Source of the DNA: Oceanospirillales bacterium
GTDB lineage: Bacteria > Pseudomonadota > Gammaproteobacteria > Xanthomonadales > SZUA-38
Direction of reading: 5' to 3'
Assembly: GCA_003233095.1 (NCBI GenBank)
Contig: QIKT01000183.1
Span: forward strand, 8,145-72,144
DNA length: 64,000 nt
Below, piece by piece: positions 1 to 9,644 of this stretch. Position 1 is the stretch's first letter. Each line of letters opens with the position of its first letter. The notes beneath the pieces are model-generated. The model was not told where the DNA came from. It did no database searches and was given only the letters and a program-made list of their open reading frames with translations. The position numbers were made by a program, and so were the translations under genes.

Positions 1-25
1 CCCACCGATCCAGAAGGTCCTGTGA

Positions 26-619
26 TCATTCCTCATGCTGCTGTGGAATCAGGCTCTGAATCACGTGTTCGATGTATTCGGAGACCTCCTGCTGACTCAT
101 TCGCAAGGCCTTGAATTGCTGATAATACTGGAGAAAACCCACGTAGGACAGGTAGGTCAGGCGCGCCCGATGGCCCGCCGCGCTGCTGTCCATGCCGAGC
201 TCTTCATAACTGCGAGTCAGAAAACTGACGCGCCGTTCCGAGACTCGCTGCATCACTTCGGCAACAACCGGATGATCGGTGCTGCGAAACAAGGCTGAGA
301 AGATCAGATGGGACTGAATTTCCTTGATGGTCCGGCGAAACAGCAGGCGCAGCTTGCTGGAGGGGTCGCTGAGCATGGCAATGCTTCGCTCAAAGGTCTT
401 GATATCGTTGTCTTCCCAGCGCATGACCGCCGCTTTGATCAGCGCATCCCGGTTGGCGAAGTGCCAATAGAAGCTGCCCTTGGTCACACCCAGATCGCGA
501 GCCAGCGCTTCAACTGCCAATGCCGCAACACCCTGATGAGCAATGGTATTCAGAGCGGCCTGTTCCCAATCCCGCTCAGTGAGCGAACTCTTGTCACTGG
601 CGACCTGTAGCTTGGGCAT
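26..619 (-). CDS. TetR/AcrR family transcriptional regulator
   Basis: 197-aa ORF. N-terminal HTH with a TetR-type signature (ALARDLGVTKGSFYWHFANRDALI). Divergent from fadE, with palindromic sites in the 133-bp spacer. Confidence 0.85.
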   Translation of the reverse strand: MPKLQVASDKSSLTERDWEQAALNTIAHQGVAALAVEALARDLGVTKGSFYWHFANRDALIKAAVMRWEDNDIKTFERSIAMLSDPSSKLRLLFRRTIKEIQSHLIFSALFRSTDHPVVAEVMQRVSERRVSFLTRSYEELGMDSSAAGHRARLTYLSYVGFLQYYQQFKALRMSQQEVSEYIEHVIQSLIPQQHEE

Positions 620-655
620 GGCATCTGGCTCCGAAAATCAACACAATCATTATGA

Positions 656-709
656 CCATACGCATGCGTATTGACAAATTAATTTTTGTCACCATACTAT
701 TGCGTATGG
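656..709 (+). promoter_or_regulatory. Putative fadE promoter overlapped by two operator-like sites
   Basis: Two 18-bp sites of form CCATAC-N6-GTATKG, 36 bp apart. Site 1 at 656-673 contains the perfect 14-bp palindrome ATACGCATGCGTAT (658-671). Site 2 at 692-709 is CCATACTATTGCGTATGG. TTGACA at 671-676 and TACTAT at 695-700 (18-bp spacer) overlap them. Confidence 0.45.
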
Positions 710-752
710 AACTGGCATCAGTCAGAAGAGTCGTTACATTTCAGGAGCAACC

Positions 753-3239
753 ATGACCACCCTATATTTATTGTGCGCCTTGCTCGCCGTCGGACTGGCC
801 AGCGGGTACTTTCGCGTCAGCCTGATGAGATGGACCATTGCTACAGCTGCCACGATTGCACTGTTTATCTTCACAGGATCAGTTGGATGGCTGACAGCCA
901 TTCTGGTCACCGCCGTCTTTGGCGCCAGCGCCTTCGTTCTGAACAGCCAGGCACAGCGTCGTCAGCTGATCACCAGGCCTGTACTGGACATGTACACCAA
1001 GCTGGCGCCCAAGCTGTCCGAGACCGAACAGATTGCCCTGGAAGCAGGGACAGTCGGCTGGGAAGGTGAATTGTTCGCTGGCAAACCAGATTTTAAAATC
1101 CTTCACCGTCTGCCAGAACCCGAGCTGTCTGCTCGCGAGCGGAGCTTCCTGAACGGTCCAGTCGAGACGCTCTGCGGCATGCTGGATGACTGGAAAATCT
1201 CACACGAACTGGCGGACTTGCCTCCAGAAGTCTGGGAGTATCTGAAAACAGAACGCTTTTTCGGTATGATCATCCCAACCGAATATGGTGGACTGAGCTT
1301 CTCGGCTCACGCCCATTCATGCGTCCTGCAAAAAGTCTCCAGCTGCAGTGTGACCGCATTTTCGACCATTGCTGTGCCCAACTCTCTGGGCCCGGCCGAA
1401 CTCTTGCTGCACTACGGCACCGAAGAACAGAAGAATCATTACCTGCCCAGATTGGCCAAGGGTCAAGAGATTCCATGCTTCGGCCTGACCGGTCCAACGG
1501 CAGGCTCCGATGCCACCTCCATACCCGATACCGGTGTGGTCTGCATGGGCATGTATGAGGGCAAGGAAGTTCTTGGACTACGCCTGAACTTTGACAAGCG
1601 ATACATCACTCTGGCGCCGGTTGCTACTGTCATTGGCCTGGCCTTCCAGATGCAAGACCCGGACGGCCTGCTCGGCGACAAGGCAGATATTGGAATTTCG
1701 CTGGCATTGATTCCACGCGATACCGAGGGCGTGGAAATCGGACGCCGACACTTCCCCATGAACAACCCCTTTCAGAACGGCCCCATCCGCGGCAAGGACG
1801 TGTTTCTTCCGATGTCCACACTGATCGGCGGCTCTGACATGGCAGGACAGGGCTGGCGCATGCTGGTCGAAGTCTTGTCGGTGGGCCGCGCCATCTCGCT
1901 GCCATCCTCAGCCGCAGGCGGCATGCGCGCAGTCGCGATGTATACCGGAGCTTATGCGCGCATTCGCAAGCAGTTCAATCTGTCCATCGGTCGTTTCGAA
2001 GGGGTCCAGGAAGCTCTGGCCCGGATTGGTGGATACACTTACGCCGGAACGGCGTTGGCGCGGATGACGGCCGCAGCAGTAGATCGTGGCGAAAAACCAT
2101 CGGTTCCTTCTGCAATTGCCAAATATCACACGACCGAACTAGCCAGAAAATGTGTCACTGACTCGATGGATATTCTTGGCGGCAAAGGCGTCATCATGGG
2201 TCCAAAGAACCTCAGTGGTCGTGGCTATCAAGGCTCGCCGATTGCAATCACGGTCGAGGGTGCCAATATCATGACCCGCAGCCTGATGATCTTCGGCCAA
2301 GGTGCCATCCGCTGCCACCCTTACGTGCTCAAGGAAATGGCTGCCCTGTCCATCGAGGACCGCTCGGAGAGACTCAAGGCCTTTGATTCGGCGCTATTCG
2401 GCCATATCGGCGTGGCCGTCTCGAATGCCTGCCGTTCACTGGTACTCGGACTGACTCGTGGTTCACTCGCACGCGTTCCAGGCAGCAAGGCCACCCGACG
2501 ATACTATCGTGCCATCAATCGCTATAGTGCGGCACTGGGCCTGGCATCGGACATTTCGATGTTGACTCTGGGTGGCAAGCTGAAGTTCAAGGAGCGTCTG
2601 AGTGCACGACTGGGTGATGTACTCAGCCAGCTGTACATCCTCTCCTCTATCCTCAAGCGCTTCGAAGACGATGGCCGACCTGCCTCAGACCTGCCCATGC
2701 TGCATTGGGCCTGCCAGGATGCCACACACAAAATGCAGGAAGCTCTTGACGGGGTCATGAGAAATTTCCCGGTTCGTCCAGTGGCCTGGCTGATGCGAGC
2801 GATGATCTTCCCGATTGGTCGCTGGTATCGTGAACCGGCTGATCGCCTCGGCGCTCAGGTCGCCAATTTGTTACTCAGCCCCAACGAGGCTCGCGATCGC
2901 CTGATCGCATTGACCTTCAAAGCCAACCTGCCCAATTACCATGCCGGTCAGATCGAAGCCGCCCTGCCTGATATCATTCGCGCAGAACCCATCGAACGGA
3001 AACTGCGCAAGGCCGTGATCGCAGGTCAGATCACGCCAGCCGCAGAATCCGCCCATCTGGATGAGGCGGTTCGTCTGAACCTGATCAACGACGATGACCG
3101 CGCGCTGATCGAAAAGACTCGCCATGATGTGGCCAAGATCATTGCCGTGGACGACTTCACTACCGAGGAACTGGCTGCAGGCGAAATCAGCAAACCAGCG
3201 CCAAAGAAGCGTCGCAACAAGACTCGCGAAGCGGCATGA
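753..3239 (+). CDS. fadE: Acyl-CoA dehydrogenase, large FadE type
   Basis: 828-aa ORF with AGGAG 5 nt upstream of the ATG. N-terminal TM helices followed by an acyl-CoA dehydrogenase fold. Size and architecture match E. coli FadE. Confidence 0.9.
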   Translation: MTTLYLLCALLAVGLASGYFRVSLMRWTIATAATIALFIFTGSVGWLTAILVTAVFGASAFVLNSQAQRRQLITRPVLDMYTKLAPKLSETEQIALEAGTVGWEGELFAGKPDFKILHRLPEPELSARERSFLNGPVETLCGMLDDWKISHELADLPPEVWEYLKTERFFGMIIPTEYGGLSFSAHAHSCVLQKVSSCSVTAFSTIAVPNSLGPAELLLHYGTEEQKNHYLPRLAKGQEIPCFGLTGPTAGSDATSIPDTGVVCMGMYEGKEVLGLRLNFDKRYITLAPVATVIGLAFQMQDPDGLLGDKADIGISLALIPRDTEGVEIGRRHFPMNNPFQNGPIRGKDVFLPMSTLIGGSDMAGQGWRMLVEVLSVGRAISLPSSAAGGMRAVAMYTGAYARIRKQFNLSIGRFEGVQEALARIGGYTYAGTALARMTAAAVDRGEKPSVPSAIAKYHTTELARKCVTDSMDILGGKGVIMGPKNLSGRGYQGSPIAITVEGANIMTRSLMIFGQGAIRCHPYVLKEMAALSIEDRSERLKAFDSALFGHIGVAVSNACRSLVLGLTRGSLARVPGSKATRRYYRAINRYSAALGLASDISMLTLGGKLKFKERLSARLGDVLSQLYILSSILKRFEDDGRPASDLPMLHWACQDATHKMQEALDGVMRNFPVRPVAWLMRAMIFPIGRWYREPADRLGAQVANLLLSPNEARDRLIALTFKANLPNYHAGQIEAALPDIIRAEPIERKLRKAVIAGQITPAAESAHLDEAVRLNLINDDDRALIEKTRHDVAKIIAVDDFTTEELAAGEISKPAPKKRRNKTREAA

Positions 3240-3268
3240 ACGACTGAGCTGCATTGTCGAGCCACACC

Positions 3269-3297
3269 AAAAAGGCCGGCATATTGCAGGCCTTTTT
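3269..3297. terminator. Rho-independent terminator, bidirectional-looking
   Basis: AAAAAGGCC-(11 nt loop)-GGCCTTTTT, 30 nt after the fadE stop. There is an A-run on one side and a T-run on the other. Confidence 0.6.
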
Positions 3298-3321
3298 CAT
3301 GGGCACAGCAACAGAGTTCGA

Positions 3322-3491
3322 CCAGGGAGCCTCTGAACAAGTCTCAAGCGAGTTGGATTGAGAAGGGAAATGCATCCGATCAAGGCGCATGAGCTGAGTC
3401 ATAGTGTTGCTATGGCTCGGTTCATGCAACGCCCAGCGGGCGTAGTTCACGCTCAAGACAGCCGATTACGACTTGTTCAGAGGTTCCCTGG
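3322..3491 (-). repeat. Family B palindromic repeat, copy B1 (intact, inverted relative to B3)
   Basis: Termini CCAGGGAGCCTCTGAACAAGTC ... GACTTGTTCAGAGGTTCCCTGG. About 90% identical by eye to the reverse complement of 36353-36521. Internal arms are self-complementary. Confidence 0.8.
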
Positions 3492-3492
3492 G

Positions 3493-4053
3493 TCATCGCA
3501 CACCAAACCAGAGTGGAAGCCTGAGTCCGAGCATCAACTGAGGCTCGCCTCGATCAATCAGGTCATCGAGCGCATCGTCATACAGGGTATAGCGATAGCG
3601 CAGGTCGGCAATCATCTGCAGGCCAGAATCGCCCAGCCCCCAGGAACCACCGATCGCAACGCTCAGTGCCACGTCAGTTGACGACAGTGCATTCAGGTCG
3701 GTTCGAAGCGCCCCAACGCTCATCAGAAAATAGGGATCCCAGAGGGGTTCGCGATTGATCTGCAGCCAATTGAAGCCTATTCCCAACTGCTTCAGATCTT
3801 GATCCTCTGTCAGACTATGCTCATCGCGCCACAGCTCCACTTCCCAGCTCGAGGTCGCATGACGATTGCGGCCCAGCACCAGGCTGACGACAGTTCCCTC
3901 ATCGGTCTCTGGTTGCGATTCCTGCACGGAGATGCCAGCGTTGACGCCCAGATACCAGGGCGCATTGGGCGTATTGTTCTGAGCCTGGCACGGACTGGTC
4001 GAGATCCCTCCCAGCGATGCGGCGATAATGGCCAGTTGCATTCTTGTCATCAT
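3493..4053 (-). CDS. Small outer-membrane beta-barrel protein (porin-family-like)
   Basis: 186 aa from ATG 4053, which forms an ATGA overlap with the upstream stop. Signal peptide MMTRMQLAIIAASLGGISTSPCQA. Alternating beta-strand pattern with aromatic and Gly-rich segments. Confidence 0.65.
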   Translation of the reverse strand: MMTRMQLAIIAASLGGISTSPCQAQNNTPNAPWYLGVNAGISVQESQPETDEGTVVSLVLGRNRHATSSWEVELWRDEHSLTEDQDLKQLGIGFNWLQINREPLWDPYFLMSVGALRTDLNALSSTDVALSVAIGGSWGLGDSGLQMIADLRYRYTLYDDALDDLIDRGEPQLMLGLRLPLWFGVR

Positions 4054-5294
4054 GGATCCTGCTTGTCCTCGAATTCTCGTCCAGTGCGTTGAGCCACCCA
4101 GGCCCACAGACCTGCGACTGGAATGACCAGCAACAGGATCAGCTTGATCGACAGACCGGCTGATGCGTTGAGCAGATGATACAGATGTCCACTCGCCACA
4201 TCACCACCGCGATAAATGACGGTGTCGATGAAATTCTTGCTCTTGAATTTCTGCTCACGGGTCACCCGCGTGTACAGCAGGTCCCTGGCGGGTTTCATCA
4301 GGCCATATTCCCCACCGCGCCGGATGACCTGGGCAATGCCCATGACCAACAGGCTCGGCGACAGACTGAAGGCGATCAATGCCACGACCGTCAGGATCGG
4401 CATCAGGGCCAGTGCCCAGGACACACCACAACGCCTGATCAGCGCGGCGGTCAACACAAACTGCAGCAGGAAAGCGACCACATTGGCACCCAGATTCACC
4501 AGCGAGAAATATTGCCGGGCCTCTGCCTCGCTCGAAGTCATCAGCTCGACGAAATAGATTTCGGCATAGTAAAACACCGTATTCATGATCGGCAGAAACA
4601 CCAGCAGCAGGCCAATTCGTCCCAGATAAGGGGATTTGATCAATTCGGTGGCACCAGCGAAGATCGTGCCGCCAATAGGATTGCCCGCCTGCAGACGTTG
4701 GCCGGGATCAGCAGCCTGAGTGCCAAGCAGACGCATCAGAAACCAGAGTGCGACTGTCAGCATGATCGCGGCCAGCAGCATGATGCCCTGAACGCTGACC
4801 AGTGCGGCCAGCACGCTGGACAATAGTGACCCGGCAATGGCAGCCAGGCTTCCTCCTGCCGCAATCGGCCCGAACAGACGCTTGGCCTGTTCCGCCTGGA
4901 ACAGGTTGGCCATGAAGCTCCAGAATACCGAGACCACAAACAGGTTGAAGACACTTAACCAGACAAAATAGATGCGCCCAGTCCAGACACTGTCCAAACC
5001 ACCTGTGAGCAGCACAACGAAGATCAACAGATTGCTGATGAAAAACAGATAAATGGAGGGCAAAAAGACGCGCTGCGAGAACCGGGACACCAGAAAACCG
5101 AAGATCGGCACCACCACCAGCGTGGCCACGAAAGTGCCAGTGAACAACCAGGGAACCGATTCATACCCACCGGTCACAACCTGACTTTCACGCAGGGGTC
5201 TGAGCAGACTGTAGGCAAACATCAGACTGCCAAAATGTCCCCATGAAAGCAGTACTCTGGACCACTGGTCGCGCGGAATCAGCCGTTCAAGCAA
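4050..5294 (-). CDS. MFS-type transporter with an ATP/ADP-translocase (Tlc/Npt1)-like N-terminal signature
   Basis: 414-aa polytopic ORF with a TTG start. The N-terminus LLRPLRESQVVTGGYESVPWLFTGTFVATL resembles the Tlc-family motif. Substrate unknown. Confidence 0.65.
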   Translation of the reverse strand: MLERLIPRDQWSRVLLSWGHFGSLMFAYSLLRPLRESQVVTGGYESVPWLFTGTFVATLVVVPIFGFLVSRFSQRVFLPSIYLFFISNLLIFVVLLTGGLDSVWTGRIYFVWLSVFNLFVVSVFWSFMANLFQAEQAKRLFGPIAAGGSLAAIAGSLLSSVLAALVSVQGIMLLAAIMLTVALWFLMRLLGTQAADPGQRLQAGNPIGGTIFAGATELIKSPYLGRIGLLLVFLPIMNTVFYYAEIYFVELMTSSEAEARQYFSLVNLGANVVAFLLQFVLTAALIRRCGVSWALALMPILTVVALIAFSLSPSLLVMGIAQVIRRGGEYGLMKPARDLLYTRVTREQKFKSKNFIDTVIYRGGDVASGHLYHLLNASAGLSIKLILLLVIPVAGLWAWVAQRTGREFEDKQDP

Positions 5295-5339
5295 GGCACA
5301 GTTCGCAGCAAGCTGACGGGTATCCAGAATGCGCGATGA

Positions 5340-6425
5340 TTACGCATCGTCCGACTCTTCAGCGAGGGCTGATGGCGGCCTGGACGCCCCCTGACGCATC
5401 ACGGCCTGACCTGGCCTGAGGCGCTCGGCACCTCGAATGATGACTTCATCGCCGACAGCGAGGTCGCCCTCCACGGCGATCAGACTACCCGCAGCCACAC
5501 CTGTGGTCACCACGACCTGCCTGGCGGTGCCATCCTCATTGATGCTAAATACCGAGACCTGACCAGGGCGTAACACCAGCGCATCGCGTGGCACAACCAG
5601 ATGCGAGGTTGACGGTGCGGTTGGCATGGACAAACGGGCGGTCTGGCCCATTTGAAGCGGCGCATCCAGCGAGGCCCTGACTTCAGTCAGGTGGGTTGCT
5701 TCGTCGCCAACCGGCACCACCGAAGTGACCGTCACCCTGAATATCTGGCTCATGCCATTGCCGGTCGTTCGTGCGTCAAGAATCTGCCCTGGTTGAACAA
5801 AGCGCATTAATGACAAGGGCGCTCGGGCAACCAGCTCCAGCCGATCACGATTGGCCAGTCTCAGCAGGTCCGAACCAGACGACACACTCTCTCCTGCTCG
5901 AGCATAGCGCTCGATAATGACGCCAGCAAAGGGCGCTTCAAGGCGACTGCGGCGAATCTGATCCACGACCCGATCGAGACGGGCTCGGGTAGAGCGTGTC
6001 TGTGCCCGAGTCTGGTCCCGATCGGCTCGGGTCTGCTCAAGCAGATTCCTGGCTGCCGCGTTCTTCTCCGACAGCGACGTCAGACGATCAAACTCTTCGC
6101 TGGCGAATCGAGCCCGTGCCTGCAAGCCTTCCAGTTCGGCGGTCAATTCATCACGTTGAAGTTCCAGGCCGATGGAATCGATTTGGGCCATCGAATCGCC
6201 TGCTTCAAACACGGCGCCTATATCGGCAATGCGCTGTAAGCGCCCACTCACCTCAGCGCTGATCCGCGCGTCATCCAGACTCACGGTGGTTGCCGCCACT
6301 TCGGTGACAGGCGTCAGGGTTTCCATTCGAGCCGTGTCGGTCACCACAGTGGGCGGACCGAACTGCGCCTGAGCGTTTCCGGCCAGCATCATCAACAACA
6401 GTACGTTGCAATCAAACCGCTTCAT
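5340..6425 (-). CDS. Efflux RND periplasmic adaptor (MFP/HlyD family)
   Basis: Signal peptide MKRFDCNVLLLMMLAGNAQA, coiled-coil hairpin, beta-barrel domains. GGAGA lies 8 nt upstream of ATG 6425. Overlaps the RND stop by 14 nt. Confidence 0.85.
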   Translation of the reverse strand: MKRFDCNVLLLMMLAGNAQAQFGPPTVVTDTARMETLTPVTEVAATTVSLDDARISAEVSGRLQRIADIGAVFEAGDSMAQIDSIGLELQRDELTAELEGLQARARFASEEFDRLTSLSEKNAAARNLLEQTRADRDQTRAQTRSTRARLDRVVDQIRRSRLEAPFAGVIIERYARAGESVSSGSDLLRLANRDRLELVARAPLSLMRFVQPGQILDARTTGNGMSQIFRVTVTSVVPVGDEATHLTEVRASLDAPLQMGQTARLSMPTAPSTSHLVVPRDALVLRPGQVSVFSINEDGTARQVVVTTGVAAGSLIAVEGDLAVGDEVIIRGAERLRPGQAVMRQGASRPPSALAEESDDA

Positions 6426-9400
6426 GGGGTCGTTCTCCAAGTCGTAACAGGCTGGGCAACAGGATCAGGGTAAACAGCGTCGAGACCAGCATACCACCGA
6501 CAATCACCGCCGCCAGACCTCGATACAGTTCGGTACCCGCGCCAGGGATCAGCATCAGCGGCAGCATGCCGAACAGACTGGTCACGGTGCTCATCAGGAT
6601 CGGTCGCAAACGCAGGCGCATTGCGCTGCGCACGGCTTCGACCCGGCTCATGCCTTCGCGCTCTGCGTCGCGAGCTCGATACACCAGCAGGATGGCATTG
6701 TTGACCACCAGACCCAACAGAATGACAAAACCGATCATCGTCAGCAGGTCCATGCTCTGGCCCGTGCCGGTGCTCTTGAGGAGGACAAAATCAAGCAGTC
6801 TGAGAAACAGCACGCCGCCGACGGTTGCCATCGGCAGAGTCAGGACGACCAACAGGCTGTCCTTGTAGGATTTGAACAGGGCCGAAATCAGCAGATACAG
6901 AATCACGATGGCCAGGGCAAAGGTGCCGGCAAGTGACTTGAGCACCTGATCCAGCGCCTCGGCGGTGCCTCGATAACTCAGTGTCGCACCCTCAGGTAGC
7001 ATCGCCTGTAGTGGCGGCGAGACGTCCTGCTTGAGTGTCTCGATTGCTGATTCCAATGGAATATTTTCAGGCGGCGTGATTTGCAGCGTGATGGTTCGCC
7101 GACGATCAATCCTTCGAATCTGACTGGGGCCCGCAGTGCGCTCCAACTGTGCCAACTCACCCAGGGTATACAGACCGCCATTGGCCGTGGACATGGGCAA
7201 GGCCATCAAATCTTCAGGAGTTTGCCAGGCTTCTGATCGCATGATGACGTCCAGCCGACGATCCCCGTCAAAATACTCGCCGACGAAGGCACCATCCCCC
7301 ATGGCTCGAATCATCATCGCCAGATTGCTGCGATTCCAGCCGGCCTCGGCGATGGCACGATCATCAGGAATCAGACGCAGTTCCGGCTCGGCCAGTTGCA
7401 GACCGGGTATTGGACGAATCTGGGCTCCTGGCAAGGCCTCGGAGATCATCCCGAACGCGGCACCGGCAGCACCAAGAATCGACTCGTATTCTCGGGACTG
7501 GATGTCCAGCTCGATCACTCGACCGCCCTGGCTCCCTCCAAAAATCGGCGCACGGGAGGCAAAGCCGAAAGTATCAGGGAAACCGGGCAGCACCTTGCCA
7601 TTGATTTCACCAAGTAGTGCGTCGACATCTGCCGGGTCGCTCGCGCTGCCCCCAAAAAAACCACCGGTTCCAAAAAAACCAAGAAAATAATTGTTCATTC
7701 GGGGTGAGGCATCTTCTTCCAGGTAGGTCATGAACCGCTGGTCCAGCACCTGCGTCAGTTCTTTCTCTGCGGTATCGACGCCCAGGCCCGGCGCCGTCTG
7801 CAGGAATCCGAAAAAGAAGTTCTGCTTGCCGGTTGGCAGATACTCGGCAGGTGGACGCAGAAACCACATCAGAGCGAGGGGTAGCAGAATCAGGCCGAGA
7901 ATCCACATCCAGCGACCTCTGCGAGATCCAGTCACATCCATGACGACCTGGGTTGTGTTGTGCCACCAGTGCTGGTGATTGTCGACCAATGGCTTGTCGC
8001 CCAACCAGCGCATGGCCGCTGTTGGAATCACTGATATCGCGACCAGCAATGAGGCCACGACGGCCACAGAGATGGTCACCGCCAGATCACCGAACAGCTG
8101 GCCGGCCTCGTCCTGGAGGAAGATCACGGGCATGAAAATCGCCACTGTCGTCGCGGTCGATGCCACTAGGGCACCCCAAACTTGTGAGGTCCCGCGCAGC
8201 GACGACTCCATCGGAGTACGGCCCTGTTCTCTCTGCCGGAAAATGTTTTCCAGCACGACAATGGCAGCGTCAAGCACCATTCCAGTCGCAAAGGCCAAGC
8301 CAGCCAGGGAAATGATATTCAGGGTTCGCCCGGTCAGATCCAGAACAAGAAAGGCGATGCACATACACAGCGGAATCGCCAGTACCACAATCATCGTCGC
8401 GACCACCCGCCGCAGGAACCACCAGAGAATGATCACTGCCAGACAGATGCCAAGTATCAGATTGTTGCGAACCATGCCCACCGACGAATAGATGTAGTCT
8501 GTTTCGTCATAGACCTGGATCAGCGTCAATCCCTGATCCTTGACGACAGTCTCGTTCAACTCGGCAACAACTGCACGGACGTTGTTCATGACCTCCAGAA
8601 CATTGACGCCACTTTCAGGGATCACGTTCATGGCAATGCTTGGGCCGCCATTCTGGCTGATCACGCCACTTCGATCACGCAGCATCAAATCTATTTCGGC
8701 AATATCACCAAGCCGAATCGGTCGATTATCTCGCCACTCCAGAATCAGATCTCCCAGCGACTGGATGTCGTACTTGCCGGCGTATCGGATGGTATACAGA
8801 CGTCGCCCGACTTCCTGGCTACCCGCGGAAACATCCGAATTATTGCCCAATTGCTGGGCAAGCCGAGTCAGATCCAAACCCAGGCTGGCAGCCAGATAAG
8901 CGTCGAAGGTGATGCGGATCTCATACTCGCGACCACCAAAGGCATTGGCCGATGAAATCCCGGAAACCCGCTCCAGCCGGGGGAGCACCGTGTCATCGAC
9001 AAAGTCTTGAAAAGTGGAAATCGGTTGATCATTGCCGGGTTCGGCCAGCAACGCAAACCAGGCGATAGTATTTCCAAATTCATCACCGCCGACACGGACA
9101 AACGGCTCAGTCACATCAACCGGATAACGCTGAACCTGGTTGAGTCGATTGATGACGTCAATCAGCGATTTGCCCATGTCGGTCCCGACGGCAAACTCCA
9201 GCGCGATACTGGCGCTGCCACGGTTTGCTGTCGAGGTCATCTTGACCACACCCGGCATCCCACGCAACACGTCTTCCTGAGGTTCGATCAGCTCCGATTC
9301 GACTTCATTCGGCGCTGCCGCTCGCCAACCGGTAGTAATGGCGATGACTGGCCGCTCGACGTCCGGCGTCAATTGAATGGGCAGACGGGTGAGCGAAATG

Positions 9401-9519
9401 ATCCCGAACAGCACCACCAGGATACAGGCGACTCCCACAGCGACCGGATTTCTGAGGGCTGCGGCCGTCAGTCCGCCTGTGGACGAAATCGATTTTGAAT
9501 CAGTCATGGTGAGCGGCAT
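6412..9519 (-). CDS. Efflux RND permease (AcrB/HAE family)
   Basis: About 1035 aa from ATG 9519 (MPLTMTDSKS...). 12-TM RND architecture with two large periplasmic loops. The track ORF extends a further 29 codons upstream. Confidence 0.9.
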   Translation of the reverse strand: MPLTMTDSKSISSTGGLTAAALRNPVAVGVACILVVLFGIISLTRLPIQLTPDVERPVIAITTGWRAAAPNEVESELIEPQEDVLRGMPGVVKMTSTANRGSASIALEFAVGTDMGKSLIDVINRLNQVQRYPVDVTEPFVRVGGDEFGNTIAWFALLAEPGNDQPISTFQDFVDDTVLPRLERVSGISSANAFGGREYEIRITFDAYLAASLGLDLTRLAQQLGNNSDVSAGSQEVGRRLYTIRYAGKYDIQSLGDLILEWRDNRPIRLGDIAEIDLMLRDRSGVISQNGGPSIAMNVIPESGVNVLEVMNNVRAVVAELNETVVKDQGLTLIQVYDETDYIYSSVGMVRNNLILGICLAVIILWWFLRRVVATMIVVLAIPLCMCIAFLVLDLTGRTLNIISLAGLAFATGMVLDAAIVVLENIFRQREQGRTPMESSLRGTSQVWGALVASTATTVAIFMPVIFLQDEAGQLFGDLAVTISVAVVASLLVAISVIPTAAMRWLGDKPLVDNHQHWWHNTTQVVMDVTGSRRGRWMWILGLILLPLALMWFLRPPAEYLPTGKQNFFFGFLQTAPGLGVDTAEKELTQVLDQRFMTYLEEDASPRMNNYFLGFFGTGGFFGGSASDPADVDALLGEINGKVLPGFPDTFGFASRAPIFGGSQGGRVIELDIQSREYESILGAAGAAFGMISEALPGAQIRPIPGLQLAEPELRLIPDDRAIAEAGWNRSNLAMMIRAMGDGAFVGEYFDGDRRLDVIMRSEAWQTPEDLMALPMSTANGGLYTLGELAQLERTAGPSQIRRIDRRRTITLQITPPENIPLESAIETLKQDVSPPLQAMLPEGATLSYRGTAEALDQVLKSLAGTFALAIVILYLLISALFKSYKDSLLVVLTLPMATVGGVLFLRLLDFVLLKSTGTGQSMDLLTMIGFVILLGLVVNNAILLVYRARDAEREGMSRVEAVRSAMRLRLRPILMSTVTSLFGMLPLMLIPGAGTELYRGLAAVIVGGMLVSTLFTLILLPSLLRLGERPHEAV

Positions 9520-9644
9520 TGTAGCGAATGATCCTCTGCTGCGACACAGATCATATGGCCTGCTCATCAAATCCTCTGTCGAACGGTGTGATCTGCTTGC
9601 CAGCATTGGCTATACTTGCGTATTGCTTACCAGGGAGTTTGTCC

